The notes beneath the pieces were generated by a model. It had not been told where the DNA came from and searched no databases. It saw only the letters and a program-made list of their open reading frames with translations. Below are positions 38,098 to 53,227 of a stretch of 64,000 nt of DNA, in pieces. Source of the DNA: Eledone cirrhosa. Taxonomy: Eukaryota. A program made the translations under genes and the position numbers. Position 1 is the stretch's first letter. Every line of letters starts with the position of its first letter. The DNA lies in assembly GCA_964016885.1 (NCBI GenBank), contig OZ024755.1, positions 20,088,001 to 20,152,000 of the forward strand, in the 5' to 3' direction.

Positions 38098-38414
38098 AGA
38101 ATAATGATTCATAGCCGATCTCTCGGACTTTAAATCGCTGACAACATAAAGTTAATATAAAGAATGGCGTGCTTATGCTTAAAGTATGCAGAAGCTTATT
38201 AAAAGTCGAAAAATAAATTGCCATCGGCTGATATGAGGAATTGAACCCCATATCTCCCATATACTGACTGGGGCGATGCTCCCACGACCCTCTCAGAAAT
38301 AAGTGGGTGAAGAAGAAAAGGAGGAGTAGACTTTACGGTTGCACTTCTCCGAAGAAAGCAAGTTCGCAGAATCACTACAGAATGACATTTCTTTTTAATA
38401 TTTATACCACGAAA

Positions 38415-38866
38415 AGGGCGGTGGAGTGGCGTATTGGTAGAGAGTCAGACATAATGCTTTGCAGCATAGAGTTATGGCCCTTTACGGTCTGAGTTCAAAT
38501 CCCGCCGAAGTTAACTTTGCTTTTCATCCTTAGGGGGTTCGATAAAATAAAGCACCAATCACGCACTGGGTCGATTTAATCGACTTTTCCTTCCTCCCAA
38601 ATTGCTGGTCTTGTGCCTATATAAGAAACCTATATTTATACCAGGAAAAGGGCGGTGGATTGGCAGTATCGGTAGAGAGTCAGACATCATGCTTTGTAGC
38701 ATAGAGTTATGGCCCTTTACGGTCTAAGTTTAAATCCGACCAAGGTTAACTTTGCCTTTCATCCTTACGGGGTCGATAAAATAAAGCACCAGTAACATAC
38801 TGGGGTCGATTTAATCGACTTTCCCCTCCTCCAAATTACTGGCCTTGTGCCTATACTAGAAATCAA
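38415..38866 (+). mobile_element. Head-to-tail dimer of SINE A long form
   Basis: Two full copies (38415-38630, 38650-38866) separated and flanked by ATATTTATACCACGAAAA-like repeats. Confidence 0.92.
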
Positions 38867-39078
38867 TATTTATCCCACGATAATATATTTTGTATTTATT
38901 TAGACTCCACACTATATTGCCTTATATGGCATGATACTCTCTTTACTGTACTCTCTCATATATTGTTGGAAATACATTCCTGATGAATTTTGAGAAATTA
39001 CGATATTAATCGCACTAAGTATAAATAAAGTTCATCTTTCTCCCTCTCCATCTCTACCTCTCACTAAATATATACATA

Positions 39079-39253
39079 CTGGTAAAATTCCGTTATAACG
39101 AATACCATTATGACGAATTTTTCAGTATAACGAAACTTTTTTCAATCCTCAGCTATACGCTCGATGTGTTTCGGTCGATCTCGTTACAAAGAATTTTTCT
39201 TTACACAAATTATTTTTATACCCCGTGAATTTCGTTATAACGGAATTTCACTG
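39079..39253. mobile_element. pogo/Tigger-type MITE
   Basis: TIRs AAATTCCGTTATAACGAA / TTCGTTATAACGGAATTTCACTG, preceded by TA. Confidence 0.8.
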
Positions 39254-40524
39254 TGTGTGTGTATGTGTGTATATGTGTGTGTGCGTTTATGTGTGTGTAT
39301 GTGTGTTTGTGCGTTTATGTGTGTTTGTTTACGTGTGTGTATGTGTGTTTGTGCGTTTATGTGTGTTTGTTTACGTGTGTGTTTGTGTGTGTTTATTTAT
39401 TTGGCAGGGGCACACACACGGACATATATTCTTACAGATCGAATCTAACTGTGTAGGAATTAGGGTACAGATATTCTGAACAGCTTTTCTTAACACAGAT
39501 GGTTTGATTGGTAGACACATGTATAGAAGTGAATGTTTATCCATATATCCATCTTCCAATCACGTTAAAAATATTAACCTAATGCTGCTATAGCGATATA
39601 CTGATTATCCTTAATACTATCTATCGTCTAGTTAATGGATACAAATATTTTTAATTCACAATTCAATACATATCCCTGATATGTCTAAAGGCGAATGTTT
39701 ACATTTTGTAAACAATTTAATAAGAAATCAATACTTTTCTCTAAAATTGTTCGTTGAGTTGTTTCAATTTGTTTTATATCTAAGGTTAATTTTTGTATTG
39801 ATGTAAAACGACACCATTACAGATTTGTTATTTGATAGAAGCCAAGTTATTTTATAACCCGTCTTTATTTTTATAGCAGATTGTAGGAAAGGGGGTAGTA
39901 ATTTGTGTCTTATTGTTTTATGAAACCTTGTGTGTAACCCTAACCTTAAACACCATGGGATCACTGGCTTAGTAGTAGGAGAAAAAAAAAAATGAAGTGT
40001 TCATAATCTGTGAATTAATCTTTTTTAGCAGATATTACAATCTATTGAAATCTTAATATTTTTATATTAAAAAAATAACGAATAAAAAAATATATGATAC
40101 TGGAATAATGATTGGAATGTTAAATCAATGAAAGTATCAGAAAAGTATAATAGACGTATCAGAAAAATGAAATTATTATATCAATATTGAATTGACGGAG
40201 TGTATGAGTCAAAATGTCAGATACAAACGAGAGGTAAGTCATAATTAGTGTTACCCCCAAAGTATACTGTCGGCCCATGTCAGGTGAGGATACCAGGTTA
40301 AGGCGACATGCACTACTATGGGAGCTTTGAAGAGAGACAATTGTCCTAAAGAGGAGTTTGAGAAACCAAAAAGGGAAAGGAAGACTGCCCAGTTCGCCTG
40401 AAACTAGGATAAAGGAACTCTTCCTTTCATCCGAGATACATTATGCCTCTATTTAGAATGAATCGGTGGTACACATTCGTGCAGCATAATTTAGGCTTTA
40501 GAAGCATGGCCACATGCTTAACAA

Positions 40525-40715
40525 TAGCAGGTAAACATGATTTGCGGCACAGATTTAGTATCTTTACGTTCTGAGTTCAAATCCTGCCGAGATTAACTTT
40601 GCCTTTCATCCTTACGGGCTTGGTAAAGTAAAGCGCCAGAAAGGCCCTCGTGTAGATTAAATAGAGTCTCCCCTTCCGCGAAATTGTTGGCTTTATGCTT
40701 AAATCAGTAACCATT
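40525..40715 (+). mobile_element. SINE family A, diverged
   Basis: B-box and GCCTTTCATCCTTACGGG core. Confidence 0.75.
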
Positions 40716-41427
40716 ATTTATCACAGACATAAGGTAACAAATTACATTCGACAAGCGTGAGTGGCAGAGACGTAATATGGCGACAATACCATATTTAAGG
40801 CCTTGACAGTACATACTAGTTGATTCGGGGACAGATGAGGGGTGATTTGCTGCATCACTTTGCTTCTTCTGTTTGGGGCAAGTAAAGCAAGAGATCGCAC
40901 GTTCATAGATCTGAACTATGGCAGCCAGTTGTTTGATGCCTCAAATTGTGGCTAAATATATATTGTGTATTCCGGTTTATGTCGGCAAGCCATCAAGATG
41001 TATATTTGATATTATCTTTAAAAAACCCCCAAAAAAACCCGTCGTCAAGGGAGAATTTCACTTGCTTATGAGGGTAACGGAGATGAGCTTCAAACTGTAT
41101 GGATTCCCCACCTCCGGGTTCGTATCTGACACGAGACACAATTAAACAACCTGAACTAATGTGCACTAAGAAGAGCGATTAGGGTAAGTTCTGCTCAAAT
41201 TAATTATTTTTGCAGATTGCTTAGCAAGACCTTTTAGTTCTTATAAATCATGAAGATAATTCTAAAATTGTGTATCCTTTTATTTTCAAAAATAGTCGGT
41301 ATTGTGTACGTCTGTGACGGTGAAAGATCACCATGTTCCTAGTTTTCTCGCTCAAGCGGTCACATTGTAGATTTATCATAAGAGGGAGCAATCGCTTTCT
41401 TCTTGTCTTCCACACAGCTTCGTCATA

Positions 41428-41938
41428 TCTATATTACAAAGCTGACGGCCGTATGTATGTAACAAACCTTTCGCCAAACGGCTGGACCAAACAGCACCAA
41501 ATTTGCACCATAGATGTAACTTTTTCCAAGTAAGAAAGTGAGGGTATTTTTGTCTTCTAAATTTCGTTAAAAGATTAAAGATATTTTATCGTTTATTTAA
41601 ATATTCCCTTCTTTAAAATTTTCAAATGTCAACACTTTGGGTTATACGACATTCCCCTCTCTTTGTATCTATCTAAAAAGACAGACTTAGTTATAACGTC
41701 GCGCCCTTACAATATGTCTCTGTATGTCTGTCTGTCTGCATTAGATACATAGCTATAACGTCGCACGCTTATAAAATCTGTCTCTCTTCACGAACCAAAG
41801 TATCGTCTTCCTGTTTTCCTTCGGTTGCAACGTTTTTCGAAATATTTACTTCTGCGTTCACAGATTGATTTTTTTTAGTTTCAGAAGATCCCCTTAATGG
41901 TAAGAGCAGCGATTCTTTGCTTAAACTTTAATCTGTTA

Positions 41939-41994
<56 letters not shown>

Positions 41995-42655
41995 TATTAG
42001 TGTACAGATAATTTTGCATACACAAAAACAAAATAGAAACAAACGTATTTATTTCACGAAAGCACAGACGGCTTATCGTCATTGTTACTGCCGATATGCC
42101 ACCCAAAAAGTCCCAGCCTGGCTGCAAGATCAGATTTTCCAGAAGAAAAAAATGTTACTAGAGCAACAGAGAGACTAAGCTTCGCGATTACCATCAACAA
42201 AGCTCAGGGTCAAACCTTAAAAGTGGCTGGCCTTCATCTGGGAAAACCATGCTTCTCCCATTGTCAATTGTATGTAGGATGCTCTAGGGTGAGCTCGCCA
42301 AACAATCTCTTCATCTTTGCTCCCGAGGGCCGATCAAAAAAATATTGTATACTCTGAGGCCCTAACAATGTAATTTATGTATTTTCTGTTACTTGGAATT
42401 TCCATTATGGTTGTACAAATTATTGTAAAGTTTGTTAAAACATTTGTTCTCTGTTCAGCTTTTCTTGTTGTAACTATCAATTTTCTTTAACACACTGGTT
42501 GCTGAACTGGAGAATCCTAAAAACTACTCAAACCCAACATCAGAGCACGTTAATCCCCCACCATCGCCGACTAGAGAGGGCGTGCGGTATCTTTGCACTG
42601 GAGTGAATCCTGAAAAGATAAAATGCCGGTATACCTAGCCGGATGGACCAGCTAG
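41428..42655 (+). mobile_element. Internally deleted Helitron retaining the PIF1-helicase C-terminus (42170-42360)
   Basis: RLSFAITINKAQGQTLKVAGLHLGKPCFSHCQLYVGCSRV; 5' A|TCTATATTACAAAGCTGA; 3' CCGG..CCGG hairpin and CTAG|T. Confidence 0.85.
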
Positions 42656-42775
42656 TTATTAATATTCTTTGAACAGTGAACATTCACACGTCGTTTTCGA
42701 GAAAGAGTCGATCATATGTATATAATTATGTGACTATACGTGCGTATGTGTATGAGTATTTTTACTTTTATATAA

Positions 42776-42807
<32 letters not shown>

Positions 42808-43339
42808 GTGTGTGTATGAGTGTGTGTGTTCATATATATACATATACATTTATATATATTCATATTTATACGCGCTTGTGTGTGTGTCGGGGCGAGCGTA
42901 TATGACACTATTTGCTACATCATTTAATTTGGATATTCTAAACACTAAGCGTGTAAAGTGAGATGAAATACAGTGTAGACAAATGTATATATGATCGAAG
43001 TCATTGAATTGAAAACCGAAGAGGTTATGCTTGACCATGTTTTCAAATTCAATGACATGAGAGCAACAGAACGCGAAGCAATAAAGCGTATTTTAAACAG
43101 TGTATCGCTAAGAGAGTATATTGTCTGATCAATGCAGGCAATATTTTCCTTGCAAACCACATCGGTCAAGGGTGTTAAATAAAAACAAAAAAAAAGAAGA
43201 TAAAACAGAAGGAAAACAAAAACAGAACAAAACCGCTGAGAATTTGATATAAATTCACTTTGGCATGTTAACTCAGACGCATATCTTTCTTCTTTTGTTT
43301 CTCTCTATCAACACTTTTATATCCTCACACAGACGCACA

Positions 43340-43393
43340 CATAGACATGCACCCATATACATATATATAAATGCACACACTCACTCACAAACT

Positions 43394-43448
<55 letters not shown>

Positions 43449-43615
43449 ATACGCTCACAGACATACATATATACATATATATATATATGCACACACTCAC
43501 TCACAAACTCACACACACACACACACATATATATACACACACACACACACAAATACGCTCACAGACATACATATATACATATATATATATATATGCACAC
43601 ACTCACTCACAAACT

Positions 43616-43665
<50 letters not shown>

Positions 43666-43676
43666 AACACGCTCAG

Positions 43677-43707
<31 letters not shown>

Positions 43708-43822
43708 CACACATACTCACTCACAAACTCACACACACACATATATATATATATACACATACACACAAACACGCTCACAAAGACATACACATATACATAT
43801 ATAAATACAATCACACACACAC

Positions 43823-43877
<55 letters not shown>
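43340..43877. repeat. Higher-order CA/TA compound repeat (~100-bp unit)
   Basis: CACACTCACTCACAAACTCACAC..ACAAATACGCTCACAGACATAC repeated 4 times. Confidence 0.9.
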
Positions 43878-43880
<3 letters not shown>

Positions 43881-43979
43881 TGCATGTGCAAACACCCATA
43901 TACACACAAATATACACGACCATTGTAGCAAAGTTTCGCACAATAATATAGTTTGCTCTCTTTAGATTACCAATTGTTC

Positions 43980-44662
43980 ATATATGTGTATATGTTGGAG
44001 AGTATTGTAAATATATCGGGAGAATATTTCTGTAAGTATATGTATAAATGTTGGAGAGTATTGTAAATATACCGGGAGCATATTTCTGTAAGTATATATG
44101 TATAAATGTTGGGAGTATTTTAAATGTATCAGTAGTATATTTCTGTAAGTATATATGTATAAATGTTGAGAGTATTTTAAATGTATCAGTAGTATATTTC
44201 TGTAAGTATATATGTATAAATGTTGGCAGATATTGTAAATATATCGGGAGCATATTTCTGTAAGTATATATGTATAAATGTTGGAGAGTATTGTAAATGT
44301 ATGAGTAAAATATTTCTGTAAATATATAAATATTGGGAGTATTGTAAATGAATTGGTGGAATACTTCTGAAAATATATATATAAATGTTGGAGAGTATTG
44401 TAAATGTATTGGTAGAATATTTCTGTAAATATATAAATATTGGGAGTATTGTAAATGTATTGGTAGAATACTTCTGAAAATATATATATAAATGTTGGAG
44501 AGTATTGTAAATGTATTGGTAGAACATTTCTGTAAATATATATATATATATATATAAATGTTGGGAGGAATTGTAAATGTATTGGTAGAATATTTCTGTA
44601 AGTATATGCGTAAATGTTGGGAGTATTTTAAATGTATGAGTAGAATACTTTTGTAAATATAT
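43980..44662. repeat. AT-rich minisatellite, ~52-60 bp unit, ~12 copies
   Basis: ATAAATGTTGGAGAGTATTGTAAAT..ATATTTCTGTAAGTATATATG. Confidence 0.92.
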
Positions 44663-45204
44663 GTGTTTTGCAAGTCTGGAAGTTTGAACGAAATATCTCA
44701 ACAAATTTCTGAAGCAAATTTCCGCTTCATAAGAGATATGTTTGTTTTATGGGTGGATTCGATTTTTTTGTTTTCAATATATCGCTGTTTTCCGCCGAAA
44801 GCGGATGTTATTTAAATCTGTCTATTATCTATGATTTCAACAGAATTGATGCAGCAGTCCTGACAATTCTCTCTTTCAAAAAGCCATCATATACATATGA
44901 ATATAGAGAATTTTCACTGTTTTAATACTTATATTAGATATAAAGTATCTTAGACTAAATAAATAGGAATAGATTTTCTGAATAGCGTAAGCATGAATGT
45001 GTATTTAATAAATCCGTTGCATAACCATGTAAGCTAAGAGAGGATTAGTTACCAATCTGTGAGATTTGAACGAATGTATGTTCTCATAGAGTAGTTTTGA
45101 CCAATGAGTTGTGAGTGGAATATGGTAATGAGAAACTGTATGGATGTCCATTGGAAATACATACATGCATGAAAAGTTACACGCGTGTGCGTTCTTTTTA
45201 TATA

Positions 45205-46101
<897 letters not shown>

Positions 46102-46189
46102 TTGTGTGTATGAGAGAGAGAGCTAGAGAGAGGGGCAGACGGACGGATAGACCTGTAACTCTTGAGATATACGTGCTTTCTTGGGCATC

Positions 46190-46400
46190 ATTCTCTAGGT
46201 CGTAACAGAGCCTAATTCCCCCAAAGAAGGTGGGAGAGAGATATAAAGAGTGAGCGAGAAAGATATGTAGAGGAAGAACCGGCCCTAGTGCTGGACTGGT
46301 ACGTTATTTATTGACCCCAGAAGGATAAAAGGTAAAGTTCATCTCTGCTAGATTTGAACTTAAAGCGTGGAGAGCCGAAACGAATATTGCCAAGCATTAT
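46190..46400 (-). mobile_element. SINE family C, degraded
   Basis: GAGGAAGAACCGGCCCTAGTGCTGGACTGGTAC..TTGACCCCAGAAGGATAAAAGG. Confidence 0.6.
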
Positions 46401-46412
46401 AAATGGCGCTCA

Positions 46413-47010
46413 AAGGCGGCTGGTTGGCAGTATCGGTAGAGCGCCGGAAAACATGCTTTGCGGCAGAGTTACGGCCCTATACCTTCTGAGTTCAAATCCT
46501 ACCGAGGTTAGCTTTGTCGTTCATCCTTACGGGGTCGATAAAATAAAGTACCAGTAACCCACTGAGGCCTAGACATTCCCTTTCAGTTAACATTATTGGT
46601 ATTGTGTCTAAATTAGAAACCCTTATTATTATTGAGGGGGGTGGATGGACGGAATCGGTAGAGCGTCGGACAGTATTATTTGTTGCGTGTTATGGCCCTT
46701 TACGTTCTGATTTCAAATCCCGCCGATGTTAGCTGTGTCAATCATCCATACGAGATCTATGAATTAAAGTACCAGTAACGTTCTGAGGTCGATTTAATCG
46801 ACTTTCCATTCCACCAAAATGATTATCCTTGAACCTACATCATAAACTATTATATACGACATTCTCATGCTTAGAAGCATAGAGTTACGGTCCTTTACGG
46901 TCTGAGTTCGATAAAATAAAGTTCGATAAAATAAAGTACCAGTCACGCACTGGAGTCAATTTAATCGACTTCCCCTTCCCCCAAATTACTGGCCTATATA
47001 AGAAACCATT
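46413..47010 (+). mobile_element. Three tandem SINE A copies; third is 5' truncated with a 16-bp TSD
   Basis: Copies at ~46413, ~46635, ~46866; TTATATACGACATTCT flanks the third. Confidence 0.85.
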
Positions 47011-47662
47011 ATATACGACATTCTAACGGTTCTATAAATTGTGCCGCTCTCATCCCATTTTCAAACTTTACCTTGTATTCATGTTCACTACAAAAGTCAC
47101 CAAAATTGTTACCAAATCCATTTACGTACATCATGAAGCCTCTTCACAATAACTCAATTTTAACAGAATTCAATACTAGAATATTTTCAATATAGAAGCC
47201 ATTATATATGGTGATGTGTATAATTGTTTAAGAAAATATAATAATCTAAATAGAATATTCAATATATTTTACATGATTCATATTTTTACATTCGGATGTT
47301 TTTGTAAACACTCTCTGGTTTCATGTTTGGTCAAATATCGACTCCTTTTCAAAAACATTATTATTCTCTTGTCGTTATGATGTTGATGAGGTTTTGCATT
47401 CAGAAATTGAATATATATGAAAATACGATATATTTTTTATATTTTAAATTTGCTTGAGGTTTACATCGTAATAGGTTTTATTTTTGTTGTTATTGTTGTT
47501 GCTTTAAAACGTTTATTAGACACTATTTCAATAGAGTATTGTTATGTGAAATGTAATAAATGTAATAATGTATGCAATAATTCGATAGGAATAAGGATTA
47601 CAGGGATGGTAGTATCACCATCAGCCACCCTTTACAATCACACTTATCATAATCATTATAAC

Positions 47663-48068
47663 AGGGAGGTGTATTGGCAGTATCGGTAGAGCGTCAGACA
47701 CTATGCTTTGTCGCATAGAGTTATGGCACTTTATGTTCTCAGTTCAAATCCTTCCGAGGTTAACGTTGGCTTTCATCCTTACCCGGTCGATAAAATAAAG
47801 AACCAGTAACATACTGGGGGTCGATTTAATCGACTTTCCCCTCCCCCCAAATTACTGGCATTGTACCTATACTAGAAATCATTGGATTAGCAATATCGCT
47901 AGAGCGTCGGACGCCATGCTTTGCAGCAAACAGTTACGGCCCTTTATGGTCTGAGTTCAAATCCCGCCGAGGTTAACTCTGCCTTTCATCCTTACAGGGT
48001 CGATAAAATAAAGTACCAGTAATATACTGGGATAATTGCTGGCCTTGTGCCAAAAGTAGAAACAATTT
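47663..48068 (+). mobile_element. Head-to-tail SINE A dimer (long + short form)
   Basis: Family homology; junction at ~47882. Confidence 0.9.
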
Positions 48069-48649
48069 TTACTGAATCAAATCATTCCTCGAGAGAGGAT
48101 AGTTTTCAAAATTTACATGGAATTTATAAAATTTCAAAATAGATAAATATGTGGATGGTTGATTAAACATTACTGGTAATGCACTGGGGTAATTGCTGGC
48201 CTTGTGCTAACACCAGAAACAATTATAAAGAACCAACAAAAGAACATCTAGCTAGTCGTTTGACATACGAGAAATAGCAGTCAATTCTATGTGCAAAAAA
48301 CACAGTGCTGGCTCAAAAATGAAAGATTTGACTTCAAAATCGTTAGAGGGCTCTATTGTTTAGTTACGATGCTGTGATGTAATAATGAAACGGTGAGTAC
48401 AGACGTTTTTGTTCGAAGTTCAACGTAGGAGGCTTGAAACCTCTGTCTGTCTCTCTCTCTCTCTCTGTGAGTGAGTGAGTGAGTGAGTGAGAGTGTGTGT
48501 GTGTGGGTATCAGTATATGAGTGCTTGTCCTAGTTTTGTTTTAGCCTCAGATCAACATTGATCGAGTAGACGACAGGATGAAATCGATTCCTGTTATAAT
48601 ACATCTCAACTAATATTTAAACTCTCGTACTTTCTCTTTGAAGATCGTG

Positions 48650-48765
48650 GTGTGTGATTTGAACGAGAAATTTCTGTACTTTCTCTTTGAAGTCAGTAGC
48701 GCGTGATTTGAACGAGAAATTATTGATCTTGGAGACAATGGTGTGTGATTTGAACGAGAAATTAC
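48650..48765. repeat. Three diverged ~40-48 bp direct repeats
   Basis: GTGATTTGAACGAGAAATT x3. Confidence 0.8.
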
Positions 48766-50249
48766 TGATCCGTCTCGCAATTCGAGAGATTGCGTAGACT
48801 CAACATTATACATAAGGTTTTATTTACACGTTATTCTATTATCCTAATCATATAGTGATATATGTGTCATTGTTTACTGGAGGCAAATGAAGAAAATATT
48901 ACTATTTTGGTGAAAAATCGATTATTTTTATATTAATGACACCTACATATAATCCTGGCAACAGTAAAACGATGTAGCATTATAATATATCTATATATCT
49001 CAATATTCTACTAATAATAGGTAAGTAAACACGTTTCCTCTATAAACATGGGGAAAATGAAATTGTATTGTCAGGCACATTTTATAAATACAGCAATGTG
49101 TTTAATGAATTGAAAATAATGGCAGAAACCGCATTAAGAGTGGATCGTGGGCTCCATTCATCTATATCCTGTCGCTAGATGACTATGTTCACTACATATA
49201 TATGGCTATCACATTAAAAAACCTTTATTACTTAATTGAGTCGTTGGAGACGTGAAAACAGAACATGAATAACAAAAGCAGATTTAGAATGTGTGTGAGT
49301 GAATATATATAAAGATAGATAGATAGGTTTATATTTATATATAAATTATATTTATATATAAACCTATCTATCTTTATATATATTCACACACACACACTAT
49401 ATATATATATATGTATAAGAGAGAGAGAGAGAGAGATACATTCTATTTTAAAAATTGCCTGAAGTAATAACACTCAGGAATAATTAGCGTTAGATATTTG
49501 TGAACACGTTTCGTAAAAAAATAAAAAAAATTTGTATAAAATGTTGTTTATTATTACAATATACATATATAATTTTATGTGGGTGGAAAGCGGTGTGCAA
49601 GTGAAGAGAAGAATAGAGAGAGAGGGAAATTAATATAAACTTAACATGAGGAATTATTATATATTATGGATTCTTTTATAAATATTTTCTAAATCCTAAT
49701 ATTGGAAGTATGAGTACAAATATTTGTGTGAAAAATTAGAAGCTATATGAATTAAATTATTTCAATTTTAGTAATAGAAAACAATTCAGATTATGCTAAG
49801 AATACATGCATAATATATAAAAACGTATATACTATGAAAATATCGTGGTCAGATTTTGAATAGATTAAAAATAACATTTATATATGATGCATTCTTGTGA
49901 TAAGCAACATACGGTGTTTTTATTGCGTATGACAGTTTGCCTAAAAATCAGTTCCTTATGAGTCCATTATAAAACCTATTAATATTTATAACAATTCACA
50001 GTGTATAGGAAGTTTATGGTGTATGGTTGTGACGCTCAAATATTTCATTCCGTAACCCTGCATGGCACCATTAAGCGAGTGTCATCTACCATAGCCTCGG
50101 GTGAGTGTAAAACGAAAGTGGAATTTATTAATCGGAAACTGTACGGAAACCTATTCTATACATAAATGTGGGATGCTGGGAATCTGACAAAAAAAGAATT
50201 TGCAATATTTGTTGTTCAAATACCACCGAAGTTAGCTTTGCCTTAAGCA

Positions 50250-50372
50250 GTCGAAACCCTGCGATGAACCGGCGTCCAGTCAGAGGGAATCTTGTACTCT
50301 AAGTCACCTCAGGCCCCGAAACGGGGATAAGTACCGGTCTAATGAGCCTTCTGGTTTGAGACAGGCTTTAGA
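50250..50372 (+). mobile_element. Degraded SINE 3' domain
   Basis: AACCCTGCGATGAACCGGCGTCCAGTCAGAGGG..GAAACGGGGATAAG resembles a widespread SINE tail motif. Confidence 0.5.
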
Positions 50373-50589
50373 CCTTAGATTCCACTAACATACATGCTAA
50401 GATCAACAGTAATACATCCAAGGTTTCCTCCCTCTAAACATTTCAGTATATAACCCCCTAATATACGGACTCGACCAACAATGATTCGTCCAACGGTTCC
50501 TCGCTCTATATACTTCATTAATTATATAACCCACCCCACACACACACACCAAAAAAAAAATCAAAAACAAAAAAAAAACATGCTCAGAC

Positions 50590-51800
50590 CAAGATTGATA
50601 CTTCCAATGTTTCCTTACGCAACATCCTTCTCATGTTACCATTGACTGGGTGTAGCCCTCATTGTTCTAACCTTGACATTTCCTTCATATTTTGGCGTGA
50701 AACCCATAACAAAATACCGCTTCAGTTTAGAGCTCGGTCTGCATGCTTGTCTATGCTTATCAAGTGGGTCAATATAAATATAGACAATATTTATATCTTG
50801 ATTCTCGTCTCCTGTGACTGATTATATTTCTCATGCTACTCAAAATATAATTTTTTTTCATGTACAAACTCAATTCTGCATGTGAGATGTGAGTCCATCA
50901 GCCATAATATTTTCTGTTGAACTACACAATGCTTTGAGATATATTATTACAATATGTCTTCGCAACAAGGTAACCTTCACCAAACCTTCTCTAACTACAA
51001 TATTTACCGCATTTCAAAGTTACTAAATACTTACAATAAGACGTCACTATAACAGATGTTAGAGCACGTGCGAGTTCGACTGTCCCTGGATATTATTAAC
51101 AAAAACTTCCATTTACCCTGGATCAAAGTTTCCCTTACTCCTTTAAATACATCTACTTCGACCGTTCTCAGTATGCCTCTCTGACCCCCAAGAAATTTAT
51201 CGCCAGATCTTTTCCTTCTATATCAATTCATTCTTCTCCAAAGATCTCTCATCGGTGAGCTCAGCCTTTACAATACTTCGTAGAAAGTGATGGTTCAGCC
51301 TTCTATTTAAATTCAATCTTCCTTGAAAAACCCTCTCCGGTGAGATCAATGTTTATATTCCTACATAGAAAGTGATGATTTAACATTGTAAGTTTTTCCG
51401 GCATCTGAAAGTATTGGACACAGCCATTATCAACAACGCTATCGAACTCCTTGAATACTTCTCCACCATGAAAGACAGCCGTTAAGACTTTTGTAAAGAC
51501 GTCTCTGTTAGAGATATACTTAATTATGTCATTCACAGCAGAGCCCTTTCTCTCGAGATAACTGTGAAAATAAATTTATTGTATTTGATATCAGCAAACC
51601 ATTTGGAAGAACCCTGCAAGCAAATCTCCTAGGAAACTTCCCACATATCGGCATCATCTATTTCCCATCTTTTAAATCGATTACTTTATGCCAGATTAAC
51701 CATCCTGGCGTGTGCTAATGGGGTTAGTTCTAACTACACACTGCCAACTCAGGCGTAAGCCAATATTCTGCGTTTCCTTTCCATTCTTCCCTCTACAAGT
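50590..51800 (+). mobile_element. Highly degraded CR1/Jockey-group LINE RT
   Basis: Remnants FDISKPFGRT..LLGNFPHIGI (cf. DISKAFDRV..LL.KL..YGI) and NGVSS..NSGVSQYSA (cf. SGVPQGS) at 51570-51780; left boundary uncertain. Confidence 0.6.
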
Positions 51801-53122
51801 TGCTATGATCCCGAGGGATCATTGCAGCTCATAAATAACTCCAATTACTATATAGGAAAAGCTCTTGTGAATTGATCTGAGATTACAAGGGGAATCGAAT
51901 TGTGTGGCCTGGACCCTTCGGCAAATATGGAAATCACTGAAAGGTTAGAGTCTATTTCTGGAAAAACAACCTTAGCATATACACTTTTTATTGATATTTC
52001 ACACTGGATTCCTGCCCAAACCAGATCATATCTTGACTACCAATCTATATTTATAATATGCTACATAACCGAAAATATGTGGAGAGTGCGAAGCTATAAA
52101 AGCTACCAAAGTTTCGCTGCTTTAGATTATTGTCAAAAGTTTACTGAACAGTTCTGACAGCATATCTGTCAAAAGGAGCAAAAACACATTACAATTAAAT
52201 TAGAATCTCACAGGGTATTATTTAACCAGAAATACAGAATGCTATGATCGGGTTTCATTTACAGATACATTTTAGAAATTTCTTTTGTTTTATGTTTATT
52301 TAAATAAGTATAACTTTACCAAATATTACACCAGAAAATATTGATACATTAGTCGTAAGAATGATTCTCGAATTCAGAATTCAGTAGATATTACATTTTT
52401 GTAAAAGAAAATGGTTCTTAAAATGCTAATTATATATTTATCCGATATACCAGTTTAAAAAATACAGTTGAATGTATGGCATTTTCTGTCCAACAACAAC
52501 AATTAAACATTTATTAATTTCAAGTTTGAGCAAATATTTGTTGTGGTGACGATGCTTCACTGAAGAACGTTAGCAATCTATATTATAAAAGAAAACCTGT
52601 TTCTCCGCCTGTCTGTTCATCACACATATACGTAGGAGAGAAAAGGAGGGGCGTAAAAGAGAAGGCAATCCCATTTTTAAGTTGAGAGAAGTGTGATAAT
52701 TTATGTCATGCTTATAGTTCATTGCCAGCTTAAGAATTTACAAATGTTAGAGATAATAAGCTAGAGAGCTGTAGGTGGTGATGGTGGTGAGGAATTAGTT
52801 GTATGGGACACTTGTATATATTAAATAAATTAACACCGATCAGAATACGAAACCTAAATGTTCTCAGAAAACGTAACAGTTCTTAACATCCAGAGTATTA
52901 TAATACGTAGCATTTTAATGATTGCTCACATTGTGACAGGATTATACATTTGTAAAGGACAGATATAATCAAAAGACAGTGCCTCAGTATACTATTGCTA
53001 CTAGTTTTACAAAGTTGACCGCGATCGGAATTTGAACGTGGAACGTAGGTCAACCTAAATACCACATAATACTAAACACACAGTTTTACTAATTCTGCTG
53101 TCCCCTTCATAATTGTTGGTAT

Positions 53123-53227
53123 AATAATTGTTTCTACTTTTGGCACAAGGCCCGCAATTACCCAGTACAATACTGGTACTTTATTTTATCGACCCCGTAA
53201 GGATGAAAGGCAAAGTTAACCTCGGCA
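53123..53227 (-). mobile_element. SINE family A 3' half
   Basis: Family homology. Confidence 0.85.

Noticed and set aside
38225-38292. tRNA gene on the minus strand (GGTTCAATTCC)
   Set aside because: Only a B-box; no cloverleaf can be formed, likely a decayed SINE head
38978-39020. CTGATGA followed by a small hairpin
   Set aside because: No correctly placed GAAA or stem I partner
40750-41000. Degraded LINE fragment on the minus strand
   Set aside because: Only faint similarity (LSPNQL..YC.HI); insufficient without a search
49290-49397. Fold-back of CA/TA/GATA sequence
   Set aside because: A real inverted repeat but almost entirely low complexity, with no element identity
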